Shown: one piece after another, positions 8,903 to 17,121 of the stretch
How the letters are laid out: each line of letters begins with the position of its first letter
How positions within the stretch are numbered: position 1 is the stretch's first letter
IMG/VR virus record: IMGVR_UViG_3300045988_120991
Span: 96,001-160,000 of that record
Length of the DNA stretch: 64,000 bases
Direction: 5' to 3' (one strand)
Source: a virus
Program-made: the position numbers and the translations under genes
The notes under the pieces: generated by a model
What the model was told of the DNA's origin: nothing
Database searches by the model: none
Seen by the model: only the letters and a program-made list of their open reading frames with translations

Positions 8903-9827
8903 TTCTACCTCTCAAAAAGTTAAACATATCCTTGATGTCATCCATGATAGGATAACGGTCTACTGCACAAGAGTTACGAGCAAATTCACGTTTTACGAGG
9001 TCTACATACATACTTGCCGAAGTCATCTCACCATCCAAGCCATCATCTCCCATATACATCTCATCCCATGCTTCCTTAGACATAATACGCTGAGGATTGA
9101 GCTGCTTAATGGCAAGATTATCAAAGCTAACGACATCAAACCAACCATGTTCTACAATCTCAGGAAGATAGTTGTATAGGTCTTGTTTAAGACCATCAAT
9201 ATGCTCTCTTGCATCAGCATTCTCATAAAGCTTTTCACCACGGCGAAATTCCTTGTAACCAAGAATTAGAATCTTAAGTCCATAATAGCGAAGCTGCTCC
9301 AAATTCTGCATAGTTACAATACCATTGATGACATGAATAACTGCATTAGGAAATTCCTTCACGGCATCAATGAAGCCATCCTGCCAAGGATTAGAGAGGG
9401 AAATACCAAGACCATAAATAAGCCCCTCGTCACGAAGCTTACGAATAAAGTCAAGGTTCTGCATAAAGTGTTCCTGACGAATAGTAGTGTTGCAAATAAG
9501 CTTGAGATTCTTGCACTTAACAAGGAAGTCATAGAAATCAGGATGCTCAAGAACATTACCGCCACCGAGAGCCAGTTCAGTATAAGGATGGAGTTTATCA
9601 ATAAAGCTCTCAGACATAATGTCTCCATGAGCACCATCACACTTAGAGTCTTCGTGGCACATCGGACAATTCATATTGCAACGATTTGTGATCTTGATAT
9701 CCATAGACTCAGGGAAAGCAGCATCAAAAAAGTCTAGGTCATTCTCTCTGATTTTAGTTCCCGTGTCCAAATCAATGCTTACAGTATAATTACCATTTTG
9801 ATAACTTACCCAATTACTATTCATCAT
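8889..9827 (-). CDS. radical SAM enzyme
   Basis: It has the CxxxCxxC cluster ITNRCNMNCPMCHE and a GGGNVLEHPDF glycine-rich motif. The SD is AAAAGGAG. Confidence 0.8.
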   Translation of the reverse strand: MMNSNWVSYQNGNYTVSIDLDTGTKIRENDLDFFDAAFPESMDIKITNRCNMNCPMCHEDSKCDGAHGDIMSESFIDKLHPYTELALGGGNVLEHPDFYDFLVKCKNLKLICNTTIRQEHFMQNLDFIRKLRDEGLIYGLGISLSNPWQDGFIDAVKEFPNAVIHVINGIVTMQNLEQLRYYGLKILILGYKEFRRGEKLYENADAREHIDGLKQDLYNYLPEIVEHGWFDVVSFDNLAIKQLNPQRIMSKEAWDEMYMGDDGLDGEMTSASMYVDLVKREFARNSCAVDRYPIMDDIKDMFNFLRGRNGLD

Positions 9828-9990
9828 AATAGCTCCTTTTCGGTGTTAATATATCAATAATTTTTTCTTTCTGCTCATCTGTTAGGGTACAGTAGTCTAG
9901 TGTAAAATTTTCACATCCATGCTCAGGATATGCAAGACCATCGTCACAATCCCAAGAATAGCGACTTTTGCAATATTCGCAAAGGCTCAT
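9817..9990 (-). CDS. small Cys-rich protein (57 aa), not in track
   Basis: ATG 9990 follows a strong AAGGAGGATCT. The translation is MSLCEYCKSRYSWDCDDG...YDE and ends at TAG. It overlaps the radical-SAM start. Confidence 0.5.
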   Translation of the reverse strand: MSLCEYCKSRYSWDCDDGLAYPEHGCENFTLDYCTLTDEQKEKIIDILTPKRSYYDE

Positions 9991-9999
9991 AGATCCTCC

Positions 10000-10422
10000 T
10001 TAACCATCGTAGCCGTAATATCCAAAAGCAACAATCTTATCTCCACTATTAGTTGTGTAATACTCTGAGAATGTCTCTGTACCACTATTATGACGAACGA
10101 GCCACTCATTGTGTGTTAAGTACTCATCATGGCTCTTCTTCTTTTTATTTATTAGAACATACTCTGTAGTATAATCCTTTCGATCTTCTGCACTTAGTTC
10201 ATCCCAACTCTTGTAATATTTACCCTTGCTAGATTCGTACTTAGCCTTAGCCTCCTCATAATCATAAGAAGTTAGTTCTTCTGCTTCAAGAAAGTCTTTA
10301 TTCCAATCTCCAAACAAAATCCTACCATCACACCACTTTTCATAAGTTTCCTGTGGACAAATAGTAATTGAGTGAGTAGAAGAACTGTTTGTTTCAAATG
10401 TCATTCGTCTTACCTGTCTCAT
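10000..10422 (-). CDS. hypothetical protein, FETNSSSTHS-motif family (paralog A)
   Basis: I trimmed the track ORF to ATG 10422 (GGAAGGGGAA upstream). Its N-terminal motif MTFETNSSSTHSI is shared with the adjacent gene. Confidence 0.6.
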   Translation of the reverse strand: MRQVRRMTFETNSSSTHSITICPQETYEKWCDGRILFGDWNKDFLEAEELTSYDYEEAKAKYESSKGKYYKSWDELSAEDRKDYTTEYVLINKKKKSHDEYLTHNEWLVRHNSGTETFSEYYTTNSGDKIVAFGYYGYDG

Positions 10423-10424
10423 AG

Positions 10425-11000
10425 TTAATTCCCCTTCCAATACCAATCATAGTCATTGCGATCTGTCATATAATACGGATTTTTAATCTTAGATTCCGTT
10501 TTGGTTTGCCAGTTATAATCATCGAGATACTCCTGATCTCTTTCAATAAAACAACGCTCTTCGGCATCAGAATTGTCATTACCAGTAAATACTAGTCCTC
10601 TACTCAGAAAACGTACAAGTTTGTCTCCATCGTTTAGTAGCTCATTTACAAAATCCGTCAATTTACTGCCATGGTCAATATAACCATCATCAAGATATAG
10701 ATAATAGTTATTGCCATAAGAAGAAATGTGAGTTTTTACATCTTCAAAATAATATTCAATGTTATGAGAATCTAGAATATCCTTTAAGGTTTGAATCTTC
10801 TCTTCAACTTCGTTCTCTGTATTAGACGTTTCATAAATTGCCGTGTAAAAATAATCCGCTGGATCTACTTCTTCCCAGCCCCAACCAAAATCACCTACAT
10901 GAAATGAAATGAAATTAGTTGCTTTACAATTCTTTGGAATAGCAATACTGTGAGTGCTAGATGAGTTCGTCTCAAATACGTTACTTCGAATAGTCTTCAT
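10425..11000 (-). CDS. hypothetical protein, FETNSSSTHS-motif family (paralog B)
   Basis: The N-terminus reads SNVFETNSSSTHSIAIP. Confidence 0.6.
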   Translation of the reverse strand: MKTIRSNVFETNSSSTHSIAIPKNCKATNFISFHVGDFGWGWEEVDPADYFYTAIYETSNTENEVEEKIQTLKDILDSHNIEYYFEDVKTHISSYGNNYYLYLDDGYIDHGSKLTDFVNELLNDGDKLVRFLSRGLVFTGNDNSDAEERCFIERDQEYLDDYNWQTKTESKIKNPYYMTDRNDYDWYWKGN

Positions 11001-11002
11001 AT

Positions 11003-11299
11003 TTATTCTCCTTCATTATTCATAATTTCATATTCATGATTAATTGCCTCTCGCATTGTAGAAAACATCTTCTCATCAGAAGTCATATATTCTGCATGAA
11101 GAATCTGAATCCTCTTTGCAGCCTTATTGCGACTAGTTTCAGATGGATCAATAGGATATAGCTTTGTAACATTGGTTGTATACCAATTCTCTCCGTCATA
11201 ATATGTGGCAATAGAAGTAGTTCCATTTACTCCTACAGAAATGTTATATACGGAAACTACTTTATTATTTTTCTTTAGCTTCATCTGGATAGGGTACAT
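11003..11299 (-). CDS. hypothetical protein (98 aa)
   Basis: ATG 11299 follows AAAGGAGGAACAAAT. It is the first gene behind promoter 11323..11357. Confidence 0.55.
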   Translation of the reverse strand: MYPIQMKLKKNNKVVSVYNISVGVNGTTSIATYYDGENWYTTNVTKLYPIDPSETSRNKAAKRIQILHAEYMTSDEKMFSTMREAINHEYEIMNNEGE

Positions 11300-11322
11300 A
11301 TTTGTTCCTCCTTTAATTTTGT

Positions 11323-11357
11323 ACTGTAATTATATCATATACTACTCATTTGTCAAG
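11323..11357 (-). promoter_or_regulatory. sigma-70-type promoter with conserved downstream box
   Basis: The minus strand reads CTTGACAAATGAGTAGTATATGATATAATTACAGTACAAAATTAAAGGAGG. Confidence 0.75.
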
Positions 11358-11404
11358 TTGGCATATTGCACAAAAGGTACGGCAAAAATGCCGTACCTAA
11401 TTGG

Positions 11405-12280
11405 TTAATGTGCTGCAAGGTCTGCTTCGTGAAGCAAATCCACAGAATTTTTAAGATATGCTGGAAGATTTTTATAACACTTTTCATTTAGAAATGGTGC
11501 CATATGAGTGCTTACAAGCCAAGCAACATCTATTCTGATTTCATCTGCAACAAGACCATATATCATATATGCTCCAACGCATTGATGCTGATAGAAGTGT
11601 GCAGTATCGCTCGGTTCACCTTTTGCATTAACGAATGCTTTGACATATGGTTTACCAACATCGTGAAATGATGCTGCAAGTGCCATAATGTTATCACACA
11701 TATCGTTATTTACAATATACTTATATGCCGACTCACAATGATTGTAAATATCTAAAGTATGATGTGGGTTATCATGTAGAATTCGCATGGCCTCTGTAGA
11801 ATCATCTATGTATTTTTGCATATCAAATCCATCTGGAAAAATGACTCTAATTTTATCAATGCCTTCATCATAATAAGGAGCTTGAAAACGCTTAAGCATT
11901 CTGTCAATAACTTCTTTACCAACAGTACGTTCTCTTGCGGCATCACGTTCAATGCAAGTTTCAATAGGTGCCCAAATAATATGGCATTCAATTTGTGCAA
12001 ACCTTGGGCACTTTGTAATGATGCTAGCTCTATCTTTTCTTGTGATATTTGTAGCATCATAGATGACATCAAAACCATTATTCAATAACATAATTGCTCT
12101 ATCCTGCATCAATGCAAATACATCTGAAGGATTTCCCTGTATATTTTCATCTCCATATAGTTCTTTTCTGATAGCATCAGAAGACAGATGATATGTATAG
12201 CTATTTTTCATTTTTTCTGCATAAGTGGTTTTCCCAGAACCAGGAATTCCACAAAGAAGTATTAGTACAGGTCTAGTCAT
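11405..12280 (-). CDS. P-loop polynucleotide-kinase-like domain fused to an HD phosphohydrolase domain (RNA end-healing candidate)
   Basis: The N-terminus carries Walker A GIPGSGKTTYA. The C-terminus carries HD-domain elements (H...LAASFHDVGKP...H) resembling the HD domains of CCA-adding enzymes. Confidence 0.7.
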   Translation of the reverse strand: MTRPVLILLCGIPGSGKTTYAEKMKNSYTYHLSSDAIRKELYGDENIQGNPSDVFALMQDRAIMLLNNGFDVIYDATNITRKDRASIITKCPRFAQIECHIIWAPIETCIERDAARERTVGKEVIDRMLKRFQAPYYDEGIDKIRVIFPDGFDMQKYIDDSTEAMRILHDNPHHTLDIYNHCESAYKYIVNNDMCDNIMALAASFHDVGKPYVKAFVNAKGEPSDTAHFYQHQCVGAYMIYGLVADEIRIDVAWLVSTHMAPFLNEKCYKNLPAYLKNSVDLLHEADLAAH

Positions 12281-12527
12281 TCTTATTCTCCATTTCCATC
12301 ATAAAGTTCTTTTTAAGAACATTCACAAGTACATCATTCATAACCTTCTCTGCAACTTTATTTATAATTGGTTTGTGAGTATCCATATACTTCTGCTTAA
12401 CATCTTTTACAATTTCAACAATATTATCTGCAATTTCTACTGCTTCATCTTTGGAATAGATATACGAAGCCTTTACTTCAATTAAATCTTTAATTGCTCC
12501 AGCTACAGCTCCAACGTTATCTTTCAT
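12273..12527 (-). CDS. hypothetical protein (84 aa)
   Basis: I trimmed the track ORF to ATG 12527 (GAGGAGGAGAATTAAT upstream). Confidence 0.55.
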   Translation of the reverse strand: MKDNVGAVAGAIKDLIEVKASYIYSKDEAVEIADNIVEIVKDVKQKYMDTHKPIINKVAEKVMNDVLVNVLKKNFMMEMENKND

Positions 12528-12528
12528 A

Positions 12529-14007
12529 TTAATTCTCCTCCTCATTAATCTCTTCTTGTGCTTCTTCCATATCAGGAGTAGTTGCCTCAGCCTTTACTAG
12601 ACCCTCAAGACACTTAAATGCAAAGTTCTTATGTTTATATGCGCAGAATTTAGGCTTATTCACAATACGAACTACTACACCCTCGCGTACATGAATCTTG
12701 CCAATAGGATCGGGGCCATCATAATATTGCTCTGCAATATTTTTAATCCATTCACCAGGGGTCCCTTCACGACAGACTCTCCAAGTGCCATGCTCGCCAT
12801 AACAATCATAACCTTCTTCAAGACCCTCATCAGCGGGGATAAAACCTCTCCACAACATCGGGACACATTTACAACCCATTTGCTCACAACGATAACGCAT
12901 GAAGTCAGGAGAATACTCTACTACATCTCCGTCTTCATTTGTCATAGTCATACGATAAACATAAAAGTCAGACTGAGGAACTTCTCTTTCAGTGATACCA
13001 ATACCTTCTTTGCCGTCTGGATTACAGCCATAAGAGAAAGTCGTAGTCTTACCATACTGCTTCACAAATTCCTTATCATTGAGCTTCTTATTATCAGCGG
13101 TTGCCATAATAGGAGTGCTAGTATGGGTGAACCCAACTACCTCATAGTAGACCTCTTCACCCTTATGTAGTTTGCCCTCAAAGAACTTGGAGTGCTGTTC
13201 GCGGAACTCATTAGAGCCATAGTAGCCGCCATCAAAATTCTCAAGAACGGTACGACGAGTACCAGACACATAGCCCCAATTATAAATAGGAGTTGCAGAA
13301 GAAAGTCCAAGATTCGCGAACTTCTGAGTTATAGCACCAACTTTATCACCAGACATTACCGCATCGAGAGCAGCTTGATAGATACGGTTTGTACATCTGT
13401 AACCCTTAAATACAGGTAAATAGCCGGTGCGCTGAGAAGTACCATGCATCTTTAGAGTGATTTCAATCTGGTCTCCCGCCTGAAAAGCTCCAAGATTATA
13501 GGCTAGCTGTTCAGTATCAGCATGTTCAGTAAACAGAGGTGCGATAGGAACCTTCTTCTTACGAGTATGATTACCATTTGTAGCATGACCACTACGGGTA
13601 TTTCTGCGAGGAATGTACTTAGCGCAAATCTCATGTCCATTGAATGTAGTAATAACATCTCCAACTTTTAGATTGGATACGTCACCAAAAGATTCTAAGC
13701 AAGCCAATGGTAGAAATAGACCATCTGACTTTTCACCACGAAGCCTAATAGAAGTTACATTGCGCTTGTCTGGGTCCATATAACCGCCAATGTTATTACC
13801 ATCTACATCCTTCTTACGAAGCAAATTATTAGTATCTGCAAACTCAACAGAAAGTTGACCATCCGTAGGGAAATATACACCAATCTGACCGTCTGTATAT
13901 TCCATACTTACACAAACCGTATTGCCAAAACACTCACCAAGCTGTAATCTGTCTGCGTTAGGATGCTTACGCAGATTTTTAATTGTTGTTACATACGCAT
14001 TATACAT
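12529..14007 (-). CDS. RNA ligase (Rnl2-like nucleotidyltransferase) with N-terminal tRNA-binding OB domain
   Basis: The N-terminal LRKHPNADRLQLG matches the HPNAD[KR]L hallmark of Trbp111/EMAPII-type tRNA-binding domains. The ligase motifs are I ITLKMHGTS (KxHGT), IV REGVVVRI and V YKHKNFAF. Confidence 0.8.
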   Translation of the reverse strand: MYNAYVTTIKNLRKHPNADRLQLGECFGNTVCVSMEYTDGQIGVYFPTDGQLSVEFADTNNLLRKKDVDGNNIGGYMDPDKRNVTSIRLRGEKSDGLFLPLACLESFGDVSNLKVGDVITTFNGHEICAKYIPRRNTRSGHATNGNHTRKKKVPIAPLFTEHADTEQLAYNLGAFQAGDQIEITLKMHGTSQRTGYLPVFKGYRCTNRIYQAALDAVMSGDKVGAITQKFANLGLSSATPIYNWGYVSGTRRTVLENFDGGYYGSNEFREQHSKFFEGKLHKGEEVYYEVVGFTHTSTPIMATADNKKLNDKEFVKQYGKTTTFSYGCNPDGKEGIGITEREVPQSDFYVYRMTMTNEDGDVVEYSPDFMRYRCEQMGCKCVPMLWRGFIPADEGLEEGYDCYGEHGTWRVCREGTPGEWIKNIAEQYYDGPDPIGKIHVREGVVVRIVNKPKFCAYKHKNFAFKCLEGLVKAEATTPDMEEAQEEINEEEN

Positions 14008-14022
14008 TTTGTTCTCCTCTCA

Positions 14023-14037
14023 TTAATTTTGTATCGT
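14023..14037 (-). promoter_or_regulatory. conserved box copy (GATACAAAATTAA) without an obvious -35/-10
   Basis: The minus strand reads CTTAACGATACAAAATTAATGAGAGGAGAAC and lies just upstream of the ligase start. Confidence 0.5.
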
Positions 14038-14516
14038 TAAGAAAAATATTGTATATCAAATTCATACCCTTGTGAATCAACAAAATAATTATTCACAAAT
14101 TGATTAATGAACTTATAACTCTGCGGACTTCCTTGGATATGACTAATAGGATAATAATCTGGTATATTTTTATCATATAATTGAGAATATTTATTTTGCT
14201 CAATCTTCTCTGGCTTCTTCGCCCCAACAACACCACCATTGTGCTTTAGTACTCTGTCGTCAAACGCATCCCAATTGTACTCACAGCCATACTCATCATA
14301 AATACGGAATTCGCCCGTATCGTATGCGGCCTTATACTCTGCCACAGAACTAATTCCATCCTTGTGTGCTTGAAACAAAGGCAACCAGCCAACACTTGTC
14401 TTTGCAATATGAATTTTATAACCAAAGTGTGGCTCATCTGTAAGTTCATAAGAATATGGTGCATAGCGCTGTGCTTGTTCTTTATTCTTTGTAATCATAT
14501 AAAAATTTGCGCCCAT
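14037..14516 (-). CDS. hypothetical protein (159 aa)
   Basis: Track ORF. ATG 14516 follows GAGGGCTAAGAT. Confidence 0.55.
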   Translation of the reverse strand: MGANFYMITKNKEQAQRYAPYSYELTDEPHFGYKIHIAKTSVGWLPLFQAHKDGISSVAEYKAAYDTGEFRIYDEYGCEYNWDAFDDRVLKHNGGVVGAKKPEKIEQNKYSQLYDKNIPDYYPISHIQGSPQSYKFINQFVNNYFVDSQGYEFDIQYFS

Positions 14517-14519
14517 ATC

Positions 14520-14909
14520 TTAGCCCTCATAAAATCTGAATAGTTTACTTAGTGGCACCCCATTCGCCTTAGCAAGACCCATAGCATAATCGCACACGTC
14601 ATCATCGTCCGTCACACCAAGCTCATCACTCATGTAATCACTCAAGGTATCATAAGTATCATTATTGTTATTACTCCAGCCAATTAACATCTGCCCATTT
14701 ACTGTAAAAATATCACAAGGTGAACCACCAGCACCATTTGAGAATTTACACCAAGCACCTTCGAGGACCGAGTTACTCAATGCTTTTGCATCTCTCTTGT
14801 CAACTTCAATTACTTTATACTTTTCACCAGAATACGTCTTATTGAAAGTAATGTCGTTGTCCTTTAGAATCTTCTCAATATTGCCAGTCGTTAGCATTTC
14901 TACTTTCAT
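14520..14909 (-). CDS. hypothetical protein (129 aa)
   Basis: I trimmed the track ORF to ATG 14909 (AAGGAGGACAAG upstream). Confidence 0.55.
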   Translation of the reverse strand: MKVEMLTTGNIEKILKDNDITFNKTYSGEKYKVIEVDKRDAKALSNSVLEGAWCKFSNGAGGSPCDIFTVNGQMLIGWSNNNNDTYDTLSDYMSDELGVTDDDDVCDYAMGLAKANGVPLSKLFRFYEG

Positions 14910-14919
14910 CTTGTCCTCC

Positions 14920-15696
14920 TTATAGTTCATCGTCTTCTTCTGCAAGCTTCTTCTTAATAGCTTTAATTGCAACTTGTACATCTGGACGAGTAATGTTCTC
15001 CTCCATCCAGACCACATAATCGTCACCAGATTTGAATAGGTCAATCAGCTTCTCGCCCTTATGCTTACCAAATGTTAGCACATACTCTTCTGGCTTAGAT
15101 TCTACTCTAGGAGTTTCAATGTTCTCAAAATCCATAGTAAGAGTTTTGCGAGATGCAAGGTAGTCTGCAAGATGTACTAGCTCTTGATATGTGTCTTCTG
15201 GTTTCGGCAAACATTCTCCGGTTTTTCTATCCACATTCCATTGGCCCATATGCGATTCAATACAATGAGCAATTAGTTCAATCTCATCGTGATTTAGATA
15301 CTTGCCATCATAACTACGAATAACTGCTGCCATTTGTAGAGGGTGGTCGAATTTAGTATACTTACTTCTTTCATAATCTGATTGGGACCCACTCTTACGG
15401 CCATCATGAATCAGTCCTGCCACACGTAGCAAGTCTCTTTCTCTACTAGGAATTATTTTGTTGTATTGTTCAAGTTCAAGAAAGAAATTTAGGAATCTTA
15501 CAACTGCAATCTGATGACACATCAATCCAAGTTCTCCAAGTGAATAGGCCGGATGGTACTTTCCAGTAGACGATGCTCCAACATGCCATATATATTCTGG
15601 AAGGTTGTCTAATAACACAATTGCAAAATCTTTAATATCATCATTTTCAAATGTATTTAGTACTGGTTGTACTATATTTAGTCTTTCAGGCGTCAT
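14920..15696 (-). CDS. HD-domain phosphohydrolase with C-terminal DUF3820-like domain
   Basis: The HD elements are KYHPAYS...MCHQ...AGLIHDGRKSG. The C-terminal FGKHKGEKLIDL..DDYVVWM resembles DUF3820. Confidence 0.7.
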   Translation of the reverse strand: MTPERLNIVQPVLNTFENDDIKDFAIVLLDNLPEYIWHVGASSTGKYHPAYSLGELGLMCHQIAVVRFLNFFLELEQYNKIIPSRERDLLRVAGLIHDGRKSGSQSDYERSKYTKFDHPLQMAAVIRSYDGKYLNHDEIELIAHCIESHMGQWNVDRKTGECLPKPEDTYQELVHLADYLASRKTLTMDFENIETPRVESKPEEYVLTFGKHKGEKLIDLFKSGDDYVVWMEENITRPDVQVAIKAIKKKLAEEDDEL

Positions 15697-15697
15697 A

Positions 15698-15946
15698 TTA
15701 GTCCTCCGTAGTGTAATACTCTAGTTCATCAAACATATTCGATAGGGTGATGACAGCATCTCTGCTATGATTATGTACCGCATTAGTTGGGTTTTCATCT
15801 TCATAGTTCTCTACAAACCACATGATATTACTTAGTACAGTCTTTGCAAAATCAATAACCTCTACCACATCGTCTGCCTGGACATTCATAATACCGTTTT
15901 CTGAAATGTTATTACACACATTGAATAGGTCATTAAAAGTCTTCAT
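15698..15946 (-). CDS. hypothetical protein (82 aa)
   Basis: Track ORF with an ATGA overlap to the upstream small ORF. Confidence 0.5.
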   Translation of the reverse strand: MKTFNDLFNVCNNISENGIMNVQADDVVEVIDFAKTVLSNIMWFVENYEDENPTNAVHNHSRDAVITLSNMFDELEYYTTED

Positions 15947-16110
15947 TCGTCATCCTCCTTAATATCATCTACAAGCTTTTCAATCTTTCCACAACAGGCA
16001 CATGCTTCCATATAAGGTGTAAACACAATTCTGTCAATATTCTTCTTTGATAATTTGTGTTTCTTTAGGAAACATTTCCGGCAATAAATTCCATAATCAG
16101 TCTCGTTCAT
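15943..16110 (-). CDS. small Cys-rich protein (55 aa), not in track
   Basis: ATG 16110 follows AAGAAAGGATTAAAGAA. The translation is MNETDYGIYCRKCF...CACCGKIEKL... Confidence 0.5.
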   Translation of the reverse strand: MNETDYGIYCRKCFLKKHKLSKKNIDRIVFTPYMEACACCGKIEKLVDDIKEDDE

Positions 16111-16125
16111 TTCTTTAATCCTTTC

Positions 16126-16533
16126 TTAATCAAATGTCTCTTGAATATATCCATTATCCGTTGTATAGTTAATCTTTTTAATGCCAAGGCTCTTGATAAG
16201 TTTTTGACATCCAGGACATGGTTTGCTCAATGCTTTGGTGCCGTTTTTCCACTCTCTATATATGTAAATCTGTACATCTTTCCAGTTGATATCTTTTCGA
16301 TTCATAAGTGGTAAAAGAGCAGACGTTTCTGCGTGAAGAAAATGATTTGTATCTCCGTCAAAACGTTCTTTATTAAGTTCTTTTTGAAGGGGGTGGCTTT
16401 TTTTGATGTTACAAGCACTTGAAATAACTCTGTGCTTATATATCACGGCGCAACCTATATGATGCTTTTCAAAGTCGCTTAATTCAGAAACGGCTTTTGC
16501 CACATTAAAATATGTTCTATCCTTTTTTGTCAT
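16126..16533 (-). CDS. dCMP/CMP deaminase
   Basis: It has the zinc-binding motifs HAETSAL and PCPGCQKLI. Confidence 0.85.
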   Translation of the reverse strand: MTKKDRTYFNVAKAVSELSDFEKHHIGCAVIYKHRVISSACNIKKSHPLQKELNKERFDGDTNHFLHAETSALLPLMNRKDINWKDVQIYIYREWKNGTKALSKPCPGCQKLIKSLGIKKINYTTDNGYIQETFD

Positions 16534-16536
16534 AAA

Positions 16537-16551
16537 TTAATTTTGTACTGT
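16537..16551 (-). promoter_or_regulatory. conserved box copy filling the 17-nt gap before the deaminase start (no SD)
   Basis: The minus strand reads GGATTAACAGTACAAAATTAATTTATG. Confidence 0.5.
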
Positions 16552-17057
16552 TAATCCTTTTTAATAATTGCCCACACATCATTATACGTAACACTTTTAC
16601 TTAGTGCTTCATCGTGTGTCTTAACCAAAACATCAATATGATTGCCGTTTACGGCACCACCTCTATCTTGAGCCGTTCTATATCCAATTCCATCAATATA
16701 AACTTTTGTGCCATATGGGATTACACTTGGATCAACTGCAATTGTTGTTCCAACATCTGTAGGTACTCCAGATGCGGTTACTCCAGACCCTCCACAAATA
16801 TGATCTCTTCTTTCATCACAATAGTACGTAATTTTATATGATCCGAGATACATAAATTCAACACCAGGAGATTTCAGGTCCTCAATTTCTTGCTTCAATC
16901 GAGAATTTTCATCATCCTTTACAGAAATCACTTCGTTCAATCCATCAATAGAACTACTCATCATAGAGATTTCGTTATTTTTCAAATGGATTGTCATTAC
17001 AAGCAAAACAATCACCGTAGCCAAAATAAGATAAGATATGTATTTCTTTCTAATCAT
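16551..17057 (-). CDS. 3D-domain (MltA/RlpA-like) cell-wall-binding or lytic protein with N-terminal TM helix
   Basis: It has an N-terminal hydrophobic helix, a coiled segment, and a C-terminal region VAVDPSVIPYGTKVYIDGIGYRTAQDRGGAVNGNHIDV typical of 3D domains. Confidence 0.7.
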   Translation of the reverse strand: MIRKKYISYLILATVIVLLVMTIHLKNNEISMMSSSIDGLNEVISVKDDENSRLKQEIEDLKSPGVEFMYLGSYKITYYCDERRDHICGGSGVTASGVPTDVGTTIAVDPSVIPYGTKVYIDGIGYRTAQDRGGAVNGNHIDVLVKTHDEALSKSVTYNDVWAIIKKD

Positions 17058-17076
17058 TCTTAATGTCCTTCCTAAA

Positions 17077-17121
17077 TTAATTTTGTACTGTAATTATAAC
17101 AGATATTTTCTATTTGTCAAG
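17077..17121 (-). promoter_or_regulatory. sigma-70-type promoter with conserved downstream box
   Basis: The minus strand reads CTTGACAAATAGAAAATATCTGTTATAATTACAGTACAAAATTAATTTAGGAAGG. Confidence 0.75.
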
